This document shows positions 16,317 to 26,617 of a stretch of DNA of 64,000 nucleotides, piece by piece. Position numbers and translations under genes: made by a program. The number at the start of each line of letters is the position of its first letter. The stretch's first letter is position 1. Source of the DNA: an uncultured Tepidisphaeraceae bacterium (GTDB lineage: Bacteria > Planctomycetota > Phycisphaerae > Tepidisphaerales > Tepidisphaeraceae); contig CAZXLA010000001.1 of the NCBI GenBank assembly GCA_964641895.1, positions 18,842 to 82,841 on the forward strand. Direction: 5' to 3'. The notes below the pieces were generated by a model, which was given only the letters and a program-made list of their open reading frames with translations, was not told the DNA's origin and did not search any database.

Positions 16317-16436
16317 CATTCTGCGCCGAACCCAGACGGTAATTTGCTGAAGAGTTGATGCTTGGCATATTTAACCGACGATGATACAACAGTCCAAACA
16401 AAGCACGAACTGCAAATCTGTTTTTCGGAGCAAAGC

Positions 16437-18509
16437 ATGGACGCTTCCTGGCTCGACCAACTCAACCCCCAGCAACGCGCCGCCGCCACCGCGCCTCAGG
16501 ATGCACCGCTGCTGATCATCGCCGGCGCGGGGACGGGCAAAACCAACACGCTGGCCCATCGCGTCGCGTGGCTGATAGAGCGAGGAGTTGATCCCGGGCG
16601 AATTCTGCTGCTGACGTTTACCCGCCGGGCCAGCGTGGAGATGCTCAAGCGGGTCGAAAGCATTCTAAGCAAATGCGCCATGAGTGCTCGCTGCTCGGCG
16701 GGAGCCTCGCCCTCCGCGCGTGTCGCGCACGCGGCAGCGCGGATTTGGGGCGGGACGTTTCACGCCATTGCCAACCGGCTTTTGCGCGTGCATTCTGCTT
16801 CGGTGGGGTTGAGCGAATCGTTTACTGTGCTCGATCGATCGGACGCCGAAGATGTCATCAACGACGTTCGCGCCCAGCTGGAATTCGATAAAGCCGACGT
16901 GCGGTTTCCGAAAAAGGGCACGTGCCTCAGCATCTATTCCCGCTGCGTAAACGCTCAAGAACCGGTGGAGGCGGCGCTGAAGGCGCACTTTCCGTGGTGT
17001 CAGGCGTTCCCCGATCAACTGAAGAAACTCTTTGCAACGTATACCCAATACAAGCAGCAGCAGAACATCCTCGATTATGACGACCTGCTGTTGTACTGGT
17101 ACTACCTGATGCAGGATGAGTCGCTGGCCGCGGAGGTTTGCAGGCGGTTTGATGCCGTGCTGGTGGATGAATACCAGGACACCAACGCATTGCAGGCGGA
17201 AATCTTAAAGCGTTTGTGCCCCGGCGGTCGGGGGCTGACGGTGGTGGGGGATGACGCGCAGGCCATCTACTCCTTTCGCGCCGCGACGGTCACCAACATT
17301 CTGGAATTTTCGCAAACTTATCCCAACGCCCAAACCTGCAAACTCGAGCAGAACTATCGCAGCGTGCAGCCGATTCTCGATGCGACCAACCGCGTGATCG
17401 GGCTTGCGCCGAAGCGGCTGGAAAAGAACCTGTTTTCCGTTCGCAAAAGCGCGCAGAAGCCGCGACTGGTGACACTGATGGACGAGGATCAGCAGAGCGA
17501 CTATCTGATCAAGCGCATTCTCGAACATCATGAGGCGGGCATCGATTTGCGCAAACAGGCGGTGCTGTTCCGGGCGGCGCATCACAGCGACGGGCTGGAA
17601 ATCGAACTCGGGCGGCGCGGGATTCCGTTCGTGAAATACGGCGGGCTGAAGTTCCTTGAAGCGGCGCATGTGAAAGATGTGATCTCGTATCTTCGCGTCG
17701 CCGAAAACCCAAAAGACTCCACCAGCGCCTATCGTGTCCTGCAGTTAATGGACGGCTTCGGTCCGGCGTTTGCAAAAAGGGCGATTGAGCACTTAGGCGT
17801 GAACAAGTTCGAGCTGAAAGCGTGGAAACACTTCACGCCGCCGGCGGCAGCCGCGGATCAATGGCCGCAGTTTGTTAAAATGATGATCGATCTAGGCGAC
17901 GGCAAGCAGCCGCTGCCCGACCAGGTTGGGGAAGTGAAGAAGTTCTACAGCCCGATTCTCGATCGCCGCTACGACCAGGCGGAGGTTCGCCGCCGCGATC
18001 TCGATCAGTTGGAGCAGATCAGTAATAACTTCGCCAGCCGCCAGCAGATGTTGACCGATCTCACGCTCGACCCGCCCAGCGGCACGCAGGATTTGGCCGG
18101 CCCGCCGCTGCGCGAGGAGGATTATCTCATCCTTTCGACGATTCACAGCGCCAAGGGTTGCGAGTGGGATTCGGTGTATGTGATCCACGCCGCCGATGGC
18201 AATATTCCCAGCGACATGGCCACCGGCAGCGATGACGAAATTGAAGAAGAGCGGCGGCTGTTTTACGTCGCCCTCACCCGAGCCAAAGACTTTTTAGAGG
18301 TGTGTGTGCCGATGAAATATTACGCCAAGAAATGGGCCACCGGCGACCGGCACACCTATGCCCAGCCCACGCGGTTTCTCACCGAGCCGATCATGACAGA
18401 TTGCTTCGAGCGGGTAGCCATGCAGCCGAAGATCGCCGCAGCCGTCCACCCATCCACCCTGGCCGCCGCGAGCGACATTAAGCGGAAGATTGCGGCCATG
18501 TGGGGCTGA
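16437..18509 (+). CDS. UvrD/Rep/PcrA-family ATP-dependent DNA helicase
   Basis: LNPQQRAA, Walker A AGAGTGKT, LVDEYQDTN, VGDDAQAIYSFRAA, QNYRS, IHSAKGCEWD and RRLFYVALTRAK. ATG at 16437 is preferred. Confidence 0.9.
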   Translation: MDASWLDQLNPQQRAAATAPQDAPLLIIAGAGTGKTNTLAHRVAWLIERGVDPGRILLLTFTRRASVEMLKRVESILSKCAMSARCSAGASPSARVAHAAARIWGGTFHAIANRLLRVHSASVGLSESFTVLDRSDAEDVINDVRAQLEFDKADVRFPKKGTCLSIYSRCVNAQEPVEAALKAHFPWCQAFPDQLKKLFATYTQYKQQQNILDYDDLLLYWYYLMQDESLAAEVCRRFDAVLVDEYQDTNALQAEILKRLCPGGRGLTVVGDDAQAIYSFRAATVTNILEFSQTYPNAQTCKLEQNYRSVQPILDATNRVIGLAPKRLEKNLFSVRKSAQKPRLVTLMDEDQQSDYLIKRILEHHEAGIDLRKQAVLFRAAHHSDGLEIELGRRGIPFVKYGGLKFLEAAHVKDVISYLRVAENPKDSTSAYRVLQLMDGFGPAFAKRAIEHLGVNKFELKAWKHFTPPAAAADQWPQFVKMMIDLGDGKQPLPDQVGEVKKFYSPILDRRYDQAEVRRRDLDQLEQISNNFASRQQMLTDLTLDPPSGTQDLAGPPLREEDYLILSTIHSAKGCEWDSVYVIHAADGNIPSDMATGSDDEIEEERRLFYVALTRAKDFLEVCVPMKYYAKKWATGDRHTYAQPTRFLTEPIMTDCFERVAMQPKIAAAVHPSTLAAASDIKRKIAAMWG

Positions 18510-18535
18510 ATCAAAAATTCGGCATTGTCACGCCA

Positions 18536-20056
18536 TCACGTGAAGGTATTCGCCAAATCGGCGATGTAAGTCGTCGCGGTTTCGCCTTGAGAGCGGTTGT
18601 AGCCGGTCGATTGAATGAGTTTGGTGCCGATCAACCCCGCCACGCCCGCGCGGCGCGGGTTGGGCAGGTTGGTAAGCCTAGCCCAGCGGTCAAGCACGGT
18701 GTCGTAGGCGAACACATACGGCTGCGCCACGTTGTGCGGATTTTCTCCGCCGACGGTGATGATGTATCGATCGAACAACACCGTGCTGGCGTTGTAGTGG
18801 CTGAGCGCCAGCGGCATGGAGGCAACTTGCGTCCAGGTGTTGGTGGCCGGGTCGTAACGATGGACACGATTGGTGGCGACGCCTTCATCTTCGAGGAGGT
18901 ATTGCCCGCCGATGGCATAGATTTTTCCGCCGGCGACGATTCCGCCCAGGTGGTTGCGCGGGTTGGGCGTGTCGGCGATGCGCTGCCAGCCGGACGATAG
19001 GTCGTCCAGGTCGAGCATGTAGCCTTCGGAGCGGTCGAACGTGCGCGATTTGTCGGCGCCGCCGAAGAAATAAAGCTTGCGATCGATGATCCCCGCGCCG
19101 CCGCCGGCTTGAGCTTGGGGCAGTGAGCGCTGGGTGCTCCAGCTATCGGTGGCGGCGTCGTACTTGTAGACTCTGCCGGTCGCCGGCGGGCCTTGCGACG
19201 CGCCGCCGTTTTGTTGAAAGCTGCCGAGAAATCCGCCCACGAACCAGAACGAACGCCCGTCCGGGTCAGCCGCCACGGCGGCGTGGGTGATGTTGTACGG
19301 CATATCGCGCTTACGCGACCACCTATTCGTTGCCGGGTCGTACACATCCACCCGATGCGACGCCTGAAAATTGCCGTCGTACCCGCCGAGTTGATACAGC
19401 TTTCCGTTGTAAACCAAGCTCTGCGCTTCTTCACGGCGCAGCGGATTGGTGGCTTTGCTGACCCAGGTGAGCGGCCTGGGGTTGAAGTCGGTCGGATTGC
19501 TCGTACTGGTTTTGACAAAGCGAATGAAATCGATGTTTCCTACATCGCCGCCCGACGCACTCGATTCAATCGTCAATCGAACCACATGCGTTCCGCCCGC
19601 CAGAGACACGCCGCTCTTGGTGACGAGTTTCCACGTGTGCCATCCGCCGGTGTATGGCAGGGTGAGCGAGCCGGTCTTGTTCACGGCGTCGACGGAAATG
19701 CGGAACCGTCCGCCGGAGTTATTGCTGGCCACGCTGGCTTCGATGCGATAGGTGCCAGATTCGACGACGTTGACGGAGAACTCCAGCCATTCGCCCGAAC
19801 GAATATGGCCGACATTCAGGCTGCCGATAACGCCCTCCACGTCGACATCATCGCTTCGGTATACTTGGGTGACGTTGCCGGATGTAGTGTCGTGATACGA
19901 AATCCCCTCTCCGCCTCGGTCGTAATTTTCCGCCTCGACCGTTCCGGGGATTGCCGCCGGAGTGTCGTTGGGGAAGGGCAGTTGGGCTGCAAGATGGGTT
20001 CTGGATTCCAAAGATTCCAGGCGTGCGGGAACATTTGACTGGGATAAACGCTTCAT
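18536..20056 (-). CDS. secreted protein with CBM6/35-like carbohydrate-binding module and Kelch-type beta-propeller
   Basis: The N-terminal LESLESRTHLAA motif is common on planctomycete secreted proteins. AENYDRGGEGISYHD...GEWLEFSV...GTYRI is CBM6-like. Repeated GKLYxxGG / W-containing blades are Kelch-like. Confidence 0.7.
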   Translation of the reverse strand: MKRLSQSNVPARLESLESRTHLAAQLPFPNDTPAAIPGTVEAENYDRGGEGISYHDTTSGNVTQVYRSDDVDVEGVIGSLNVGHIRSGEWLEFSVNVVESGTYRIEASVASNNSGGRFRISVDAVNKTGSLTLPYTGGWHTWKLVTKSGVSLAGGTHVVRLTIESSASGGDVGNIDFIRFVKTSTSNPTDFNPRPLTWVSKATNPLRREEAQSLVYNGKLYQLGGYDGNFQASHRVDVYDPATNRWSRKRDMPYNITHAAVAADPDGRSFWFVGGFLGSFQQNGGASQGPPATGRVYKYDAATDSWSTQRSLPQAQAGGGAGIIDRKLYFFGGADKSRTFDRSEGYMLDLDDLSSGWQRIADTPNPRNHLGGIVAGGKIYAIGGQYLLEDEGVATNRVHRYDPATNTWTQVASMPLALSHYNASTVLFDRYIITVGGENPHNVAQPYVFAYDTVLDRWARLTNLPNPRRAGVAGLIGTKLIQSTGYNRSQGETATTYIADLANTFT

Positions 20057-20139
20057 ACGGCACGTCCCTCAAACGGCTGGATCAGTTCGGCGAAGAGCGA
20101 TCCAGCTCGCGAGCAATCGGTCACGGCCACTATACAAAA

Positions 20140-20158
20140 GTACCCCGGCCGAGGGTAC
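20140..20158 (-). terminator. candidate intrinsic terminator downstream of the M42-like gene
   Basis: The minus strand reads GTACCC-TCGGCCG-GGGTAC followed by TTTTG. It lies about 120 nt after the stop codon. Confidence 0.45.
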
Positions 20159-20278
20159 ACAAATTTTTGACGAAGCCGGCTTCCGGGATGACGCTGACAG
20201 TGCCGGCCCCATCCACGGCTGACGCCGCGGCGTTAGCCGCGGATTCTTGCGCCGATGTACAGGGCGCATAAACGCTAC

Positions 20279-21373
20279 TTACAGGTATTTTTTCATCGCC
20301 GCAAACCGGTTGTTCAGGTGGGCTTTGAGCGGGCTGAATTTCAGGTCGATCGTGCCGGCGCGTTCGGCCAGGCGGATGAACAATTTTACTTCGTTCGTCC
20401 AGTCGGCCAGGTCAATAAACTCCGGGCCGAGTTTTTTCTTCTCGCGATCCATATTGTGGTAATTCCCCAGCGGCACGCACGTGGCGGAGGCGCAGTAGCG
20501 GTGGCTGTCGAAAACCGTGCCTTCGCATGCCCCGCCGGGCATGAGGCATCGCTGGAACTTAAACGTGTTGTCTTCCTTCGCCAGTTCGTCGCATTGCTGA
20601 TTCATCCAGTAAGTGAACGCCGAGTTAAAGATGCTCAAGCGGTCGCCGACACGCAGAATCACCCCGTTGCCCTGCTGCGCGTATGGCTGAACGGCCGAAC
20701 ACTCGACGCTGATGAGCCGGTCGGTCTTGCGGATGAGCGTTCCGTCTTTCACCGCGCCGATTGCGCCGATAAATCCTTCTTCTTCGGCGCGGGTGATCAG
20801 CGCCGCCACCGGTGCCTTGAGGCGCTTGCCACGAAGCTCGTCGAACGCCGCGAGAATCGCGGCAACGCCGGCGAGATCGTCGCATACCCGCGAATAAAAC
20901 TTGCCGGATTTCGTGCGCCCCACACCCTGATCGAACGTGCCCGGCGAACCCGCCGTTACGGGTGACTTTACCGTCACTTCAACTTCCGCCGGGTAATCAG
21001 CCCGGTCGCTGGTTTGCGTGACGCGTTTGATGACGCCGCGGACTTCACGCTTGCGCTCAAAGAAAAGAACCTTCTCGCCGAGCACGTATTCGCTCAGCAC
21101 GCCGCCGTGAAAGCGGGCGAGGAGCGTGGTTGTGTCGAGCATCTTGGTCGCGACCATGCCGGGATGATCGCTGTGCGCGACGAACACCAACCGCGGCTTG
21201 GTCGATTTTGGACCAAGCTCAATCAACCGATTGCCGTATTTGTCGGAGGTAATGCGGAGCCGGCGTTTTTTGGCAAACGCATCGATCCAAGCCAACACAC
21301 GATGTTCGACGAACGGCGCGGTGGGGATGGAGCAAAGTTCGGTGAGGATGTCGAGTGCTTGGTCGTTCATCAT
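20279..21373 (-). CDS. M42-like (FrvX/glutamyl aminopeptidase family) metallohydrolase
   Basis: 364-aa ORF with HSDHPG, CDDLAG and AEEEGFIGA spaced as the M42/M20 metal ligands. The N-terminal LTELCSIPTAPFVE is typical of the family. Confidence 0.6.
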   Translation of the reverse strand: MMNDQALDILTELCSIPTAPFVEHRVLAWIDAFAKKRRLRITSDKYGNRLIELGPKSTKPRLVFVAHSDHPGMVATKMLDTTTLLARFHGGVLSEYVLGEKVLFFERKREVRGVIKRVTQTSDRADYPAEVEVTVKSPVTAGSPGTFDQGVGRTKSGKFYSRVCDDLAGVAAILAAFDELRGKRLKAPVAALITRAEEEGFIGAIGAVKDGTLIRKTDRLISVECSAVQPYAQQGNGVILRVGDRLSIFNSAFTYWMNQQCDELAKEDNTFKFQRCLMPGGACEGTVFDSHRYCASATCVPLGNYHNMDREKKKLGPEFIDLADWTNEVKLFIRLAERAGTIDLKFSPLKAHLNNRFAAMKKYL

Positions 21374-21412
21374 TGTTAGGCAAATAATGCGTTGCGCCGT
21401 TCCGCCGCCTCC

Positions 21413-23113
21413 CTAACCCTCCCTTGGCGCACCGAGCGAGGCGATCACTGTCTGCTTGACTCCCATCGCGCCTTTGTAGTCCCATGTATACGCGATCGAT
21501 GCGAGAATGAGTTCTCCCAGCACCGACCAGAGGCGCAGCAGCAATCCTAATCCCACCAGTACGCCGGTTCGCGCCACATCATCATTGAACGGTGGGTGGC
21601 TGCGGACCGATTCGGGCAGCATCACGCTCATCGCCCCGACGAAGATGATTTCGCGGACGCCGATTCCGCCCGGCGCCCAGAACGCCAGGAAACCCGCGCA
21701 CCAAGCCAGGCTATACGCGCCGGCGATCATCCAGAGCCAGTCAATCTTCAGCCCCAGCGGCTTCTCGGCGATAAAGTACACCGCCAGGCTTTGCCACAGC
21801 AGCCCAATCATCGTCCACACCAGCACCACCAGCAGATTCTTGCCGCGCAGGCGTTTGACAATCGGCGGCTTCTTCAGCTTGTTTAGAACGTAATTGACGA
21901 TCGTATAGAACACCCGCGGGTGAAGGATCAGCGCCAGCAGCGGCACGATGCCGATCGCGATATAGAACCACACTTTGGCTTCCCCGGCGATCTTGGCTCC
22001 GTAATAGAGCCACGCGGCGCCGGCCACGAGCACGTTGGCCATGAGGAAGATGCACAGTTCAAGAATTTGCGTGGTTGAGCAGATGCTGCCGCTCACGCCG
22101 TACGGTTTCACCAACATCACCCGGCCGATCACCTGCCAGATTGCGCCGGGTAGATACCGCGCCAGTTCGCTGGTCGACCAGATCCGCACCGAAGCGCCAT
22201 ACGGCAGCGTATGCCCGAACGATTTAAGAATTTTCCGCCACACCAACGCACGAAACACCAGCAGAAATACAGCAAACATCCCCGCGGCGGCGATGAAGCG
22301 GAGCATGCTCATCTGCTTCAGTTGCACCTGGGTCACGTCCCACCGTTCCTGCAGTGGGCCGACCATTTTCACTACAATGAATAGCGTGATGCCGACCGTG
22401 AGCATTCGCCCGAGCCACGGCTGCAGGATCTTCCACAGGCGCGCCGGCAGCGTGGCATACTCTTTGTGGAATTCGAGGATTTCTTCGTTCTCAACAACCG
22501 TGGATTGGCCGTCTTCATCCGCCACGCGCTTGCGGCGGGCAGGGAGAAGGTTGATTCCCTTGGCGCGCAGCCACGGGCGAATTTTGCGGCGAATCCACGG
22601 AATGCGGCGAATGATCCAGTTGGCGATCGCCACGGCGGCCTTAAACACCAGCCACGTGACGGGGAACGATAAAATCCCGAACGCCACGATGCCCGCGAAC
22701 GCGACGGGCAGGTATTGGTCGAATGTTTCGCGATACTGGTCGAAGGTTTCCTTTTTCCAATAGTGCAGCGCCACCAGCGCCAGCGCAATCGTCAGCAAGA
22801 CCGAGAACAGCGCACAGACGAACGTAAAAGGTCCCGGCCCCGGCCGCAGCCCTCGGCCACTCATCATTCGGCTGGTGAGACGCCGCTTTCCGGGAAACGT
22901 GACCAGTGCAAAACCGATGAGAAAAACCGGAATGCCTCCCGGCCCGGGAACCGTCACCCCGAGCACGGGCGAAGCGAGAATCAGCACCCATCCGATCACG
23001 TTCTTAAAAATGAACCAGAACGTATCGGCGAAGATCCCGCGGGTTTCGATCGCGGCCTTCTTCTGGCTCATCGGCTTGCTGGGTGGGGTTGGCGGGACGG
23101 TGTCTGTCATCAA
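21413..23113 (-). CDS. membrane protein: PGPGW-type N-terminal domain fused to a lysylphosphatidylglycerol-synthase-TM (flippase-like) domain
   Basis: VPGPGGIPVFLIGFALVTFPGKRR is PGPGW-like. RIWSTSELARYLPGAIWQVIGRV and about 10 further TM segments resemble the MprF-type TM domain. No synthase domain is present. Confidence 0.65.
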   Translation of the reverse strand: MMTDTVPPTPPSKPMSQKKAAIETRGIFADTFWFIFKNVIGWVLILASPVLGVTVPGPGGIPVFLIGFALVTFPGKRRLTSRMMSGRGLRPGPGPFTFVCALFSVLLTIALALVALHYWKKETFDQYRETFDQYLPVAFAGIVAFGILSFPVTWLVFKAAVAIANWIIRRIPWIRRKIRPWLRAKGINLLPARRKRVADEDGQSTVVENEEILEFHKEYATLPARLWKILQPWLGRMLTVGITLFIVVKMVGPLQERWDVTQVQLKQMSMLRFIAAAGMFAVFLLVFRALVWRKILKSFGHTLPYGASVRIWSTSELARYLPGAIWQVIGRVMLVKPYGVSGSICSTTQILELCIFLMANVLVAGAAWLYYGAKIAGEAKVWFYIAIGIVPLLALILHPRVFYTIVNYVLNKLKKPPIVKRLRGKNLLVVLVWTMIGLLWQSLAVYFIAEKPLGLKIDWLWMIAGAYSLAWCAGFLAFWAPGGIGVREIIFVGAMSVMLPESVRSHPPFNDDVARTGVLVGLGLLLRLWSVLGELILASIAYTWDYKGAMGVKQTVIASLGAPREG

Positions 23114-23200
23114 AGTTAAGGTCGAGGGATTCTAGCCATCGCCGCGCGGTTCGGTAGCCCGCGCTCTTGGCCGGGCGTTGTGACGCGGTACACTTCTGCA

Positions 23201-23764
23201 ATGAAGCTTGACATCGAGCGCGTTTTAATCTCCCAGCATCAGATTGCCCGCCGGGTGAAGGAACTGGCCGATGAGATCGTCCGCGACCATTCCCCGCCGG
23301 TTTTGGGGGCCGATGCCGAGATCACCATCGTCCCGATTCTCACCGGCGCGCTCGTATTTTGCAGCGACCTGATCCGCCAGATTCCAATGCAGATGCAGAT
23401 CGGGCTGCTTACCGTCAGCAGTTATCCCGGCGCCAGCATTCGCACGCAGGGGTCGCAGGTGATCAGCAAACAGTTCGGCGACTTAACCGGCCGGCACGTG
23501 CTGATTTTAGATGACATTCTCGACTCCGGCGGAACGCTGCGAACGGTAATTCCGGTGCTCAAGGAGTCGGGCGCGGCCAGCGTGAAGACCTGCGTGCTGC
23601 TGCGGAAGGATCGCCCGATCGCCCGCGAAACGCCGGCGGACTATGTGGGTTTTGACATTCCTGACGAGTTTGTGGTGGGCTACGGGCTGGACTACAACAA
23701 TTATTACCGAAACTTGCCCGATATTGTTACGCTTAAGTCGCACGTAATCGGAAAATCATCATGA
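23201..23764 (+). CDS. hpt: hypoxanthine phosphoribosyltransferase
   Basis: VLILDDILDSGGTL is the PRPP-binding motif, with GYGLDY near the C-terminus. The length from ATG 23201 fits Hpt. Confidence 0.9.
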   Translation: MKLDIERVLISQHQIARRVKELADEIVRDHSPPVLGADAEITIVPILTGALVFCSDLIRQIPMQMQIGLLTVSSYPGASIRTQGSQVISKQFGDLTGRHVLILDDILDSGGTLRTVIPVLKESGAASVKTCVLLRKDRPIARETPADYVGFDIPDEFVVGYGLDYNNYYRNLPDIVTLKSHVIGKSS

Positions 23765-24378
23765 GCATGCGACTGCACGAAGAGCCTCCCGAACGCGCCA
23801 GTGATTGCGCGCACGCCACCAGCGCCGCCGTGGCCCGGCCGTGGGGCAGTTCGGTACTGGCGGCGCTGCTGGCACGGCACGCGCTGCGCGACGGCGAGAT
23901 TATTCACATGGCGATCAAGCCTTCGCTGTGGTACGTCGTGCTTTCCAGCCTGCGTTTCATCGCCGCCACGCTCATCTGCACCATTGCCGTCGCCATTGTT
24001 GATTCCAAGCTCGATGAGCATCACTTTTACTACTGGGAGGCCGCCGCGTTCATTGCGTGCGGACGGCTGACGTGGGCGGCGCTGAATTGGATGGGCAGGC
24101 TTTATGTGCTGACCGATCAGCGCATTATTCGAATTCAGGGCGTGTTTCAGGTGGACGTGTTCGATTGTACGCTGCGCAAAGTGGCGCGTGTGGATATCGT
24201 TCGTTGTACGCGAGAGCGCATTTTTCGGCTGGGCACGATGCACATTTCGCCGTTGGATCAATCGATGCACCCGGCGCAGTGGCAGATGGTCGCCAAGCCG
24301 AATGAAGTGCAGGCGAGGATTGTCGATGCGATTGAGCGAAACCGAAGCACGGGCGGGACGATGTTCGCGGCGGCATGA
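23761..24378 (+). CDS. membrane protein with bacterial PH (bPH_2/YdbS-like) domain
   Basis: Two TM segments followed by YVLTDQRIIRIQGVF...VARVDI....RIFRLGTMHI, typical of bPH_2. ATGA start/stop overlap with hpt. Confidence 0.7.
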   Translation: MSMRLHEEPPERASDCAHATSAAVARPWGSSVLAALLARHALRDGEIIHMAIKPSLWYVVLSSLRFIAATLICTIAVAIVDSKLDEHHFYYWEAAAFIACGRLTWAALNWMGRLYVLTDQRIIRIQGVFQVDVFDCTLRKVARVDIVRCTRERIFRLGTMHISPLDQSMHPAQWQMVAKPNEVQARIVDAIERNRSTGGTMFAAA

Positions 24379-24390
24379 TTGGGTTGGCCG

Positions 24391-24573
24391 CGGATGAACG
24401 CAGATGAATGCAGATGAAGACGGAGAAGCAGACGAAGACAGTTAAGTTGAGCTTGTCTTTCCGAACGGTACTTCGGCGTTTGTCATCCCGAACGATACTC
24501 TGGAGAGACCTACCTGTCGTAATGCGAGACTTCACCAAGTCGGTGTTCATCCGCGTTCATCCGCGTTCATCTG
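24391..24573. repeat. GCAGATGAAC-family inverted arrays enclosing a 120-bp core
   Basis: CGGATGAACGCAGATGAATGCAGATGAAGA (24391-24420) faces GTGTTCATCCGCGTTCATCCGCGTTCATCTG (24543-24573). The element exactly fills the gap between two convergent stop codons (24378 and 24577). Confidence 0.85.
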
Positions 24574-24576
24574 AGG

Positions 24577-25827
24577 CTATCCCACCTTTCTCCCGGCGAT
24601 CCATGTTGCCAACGGTAACGTCGAATCGTCTTCCAGCACCGCCGCCAGAGGATCGACGTCGCCCACGAAGCTGAACGCGGTGAAATCGGCAAGTTTGCCC
24701 GGGGTGATCGAGCCGATTCGCCCGTCCCACTGCAACGCGCGGGCGGCATTGATCGTAACGAGCGACCAGAGCAGTTCGGAATCGACAGCATGGCCGTGGC
24801 GACGCCACAGCAGGCGCAGGTCGTCAACGAGATTGAGATTGGGCGAACTGGCGCAGCTATCGGTACCGATGGCGACATTCGTCCCGCGGGCTAGCATCTC
24901 GCGCCAACGGTGGGGCTTGTGGTCGAAGTAGGCGTGCGTACGCGGGCAATAGACAACGCTGGCCTGCCCGGCGGCGAGCATGGAAAGGTGATCGTCGGCG
25001 GCGTAATTCACGTGCGCCAGAATCGTGGGGACATCCAGCAGGCCGATGGCTCGCGCGAAGGCGATGGGTGGCCCGTCGAAAGTCTGCACGTCGTCGGCCC
25101 AAGTGCCCAGGCTGTTCCAGAGATCGCGGAACAGGCCTTGTTGCGATCGAAGAAACGTCTCCTCATCCGGCGTTTCGGCAAGGTGCGTGGCGAGCGGAAT
25201 CTGCTTCTGCTTGGCCAGCCGAACACACTCGTCGTAGCCCTGCAGATCAACGGTGTAAGGCGCGTGCGGCGAGAGGCCGATACGCAGATGATCGCTGGCC
25301 ATTTCGCCGTCGATCGCTGACGTAAGGGATTTATCAAAGCGATCGCGCGCTTTCGCAAGGCCCAGCGCTTCGCCGAAGCTCACCACGCGCAGCGGGCCGT
25401 GGCGCAGCAGCGGGCGCGTGATGTCCGGCTGTGCCGAGATATCGCCCACCGCCGTCACGCCGTAGCGAAGGCATTGCTGCACGCCCACCTCAACGGCGGC
25501 GGCGACGCGCTGGGGGTATTCGGGGGTTAACCGGCCGGTGCGTTGCGGCAGGGAGCGAATCCAATCCCCGAACGAATTGCCGCCGGGGCTGTCAGACGAA
25601 TCGCACCCGCTCAGCTCAAGATGAACGTGCGCGTTGATCAGCCCCGGCAGCAATAACACGTGCCCGAGATGAAGCTCTTCATGCGGCGGCAGCGATCGGC
25701 GGATTTCAGAAATCGGGCCGACGGCGATAATCCGGCCGGCGGCGCAAAAGACACCAGCATCGCGGATGATCGGTCGATCCATAGGCGCTACGGCGGCAGC
25801 GCTGATGAGGATCGGCCGATCGTTCAT
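24577..25827 (-). CDS. amidohydrolase-superfamily deaminase/chlorohydrolase (TRZ/ATZ, SsnA or aminofutalosine-deaminase like)
   Basis: LLPGLINAHVHLELS (HxH metal motif), a later H.aE and a C-terminal D..G.I..GK.AD motif. The substrate cannot be assigned from sequence alone. Confidence 0.8.
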   Translation of the reverse strand: MNDRPILISAAAVAPMDRPIIRDAGVFCAAGRIIAVGPISEIRRSLPPHEELHLGHVLLLPGLINAHVHLELSGCDSSDSPGGNSFGDWIRSLPQRTGRLTPEYPQRVAAAVEVGVQQCLRYGVTAVGDISAQPDITRPLLRHGPLRVVSFGEALGLAKARDRFDKSLTSAIDGEMASDHLRIGLSPHAPYTVDLQGYDECVRLAKQKQIPLATHLAETPDEETFLRSQQGLFRDLWNSLGTWADDVQTFDGPPIAFARAIGLLDVPTILAHVNYAADDHLSMLAAGQASVVYCPRTHAYFDHKPHRWREMLARGTNVAIGTDSCASSPNLNLVDDLRLLWRRHGHAVDSELLWSLVTINAARALQWDGRIGSITPGKLADFTAFSFVGDVDPLAAVLEDDSTLPLATWIAGRKVG

Positions 25828-25831
25828 GCCT

Positions 25832-26554
25832 TCACGTCTCCGCGGCTTCCTGTTTGAGCAGGTCGATTACTTGCCTTGCCCGCGCCACGCGGCGGCGGGC
25901 CATTTCTCGCAACGGGCCGAAGTGGAAGCCGTCCTTCAACCGGGCCTCAAAATAACCGTAAGCGTCGCGTTTGTCCGCTGCGTCGATCATTTGATCGGTT
26001 CCCTGCCCTTTCGCCGCCAGCACGATCGCCTGCGACAAAATGCCGTTGACGCCGAAATCTTCCAGGTTGATCACATCGGCCAGCAGCTTGGCATCTTCGC
26101 TCGACGGCTTGCGCTGCGGCACTTCGCCCAGCAAGGCGACGGCGGCATCCAACGCGGCTTCTTCCATGTGATCGGCCAGCTCGCTCACCAGTTCTTCCGC
26201 CGCCTGCTCGGCGCGTTCACGCAGGTTGAGCTGCCCGAACTTACCGACCGAGACGGCGGAAATGCGTTTCATGGGCAGGAAGATCGCATGGCAGCCAATT
26301 TCCAGCGCCGCCGGATTTGCCGGTGTAACCAGATGCTGACCGACCCATTTCTGCACGTGCTTCCAAAGCCGCCGCGCATCAACCAGCAACCGCGGCCCGG
26401 CCACGCCATGCTCATCAGGTGATGAAAGAAGCTGCTCGATCCGTTTTCGGATCTTTACATCCAGCACCATTTTTCTCGCCTCGAGTGAATGCCCTGAGAG
26501 TTTGATTATACCGACGCGTGGTGAAGTCATGTCTACAAATTGAGTATGAATCAC
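25832..26554 (-). CDS. hypothetical protein (helical; possibly degenerate HD-like)
   Basis: ORF with genome-typical codon bias, 4 nt upstream of the amidohydrolase gene (likely the same operon). A more likely start is ATG 26470 (MVLDVKI). No confident motif. Confidence 0.6.
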   Translation of the reverse strand: MIHTQFVDMTSPRVGIIKLSGHSLEARKMVLDVKIRKRIEQLLSSPDEHGVAGPRLLVDARRLWKHVQKWVGQHLVTPANPAALEIGCHAIFLPMKRISAVSVGKFGQLNLRERAEQAAEELVSELADHMEEAALDAAVALLGEVPQRKPSSEDAKLLADVINLEDFGVNGILSQAIVLAAKGQGTDQMIDAADKRDAYGYFEARLKDGFHFGPLREMARRRVARARQVIDLLKQEAAET

Positions 26555-26617
26555 TTTTCTCTTTGCGGCTTGTAGTTAAGATCAAAACATAAGGATTCTG
26601 ACGTGAAGGAAAATCAT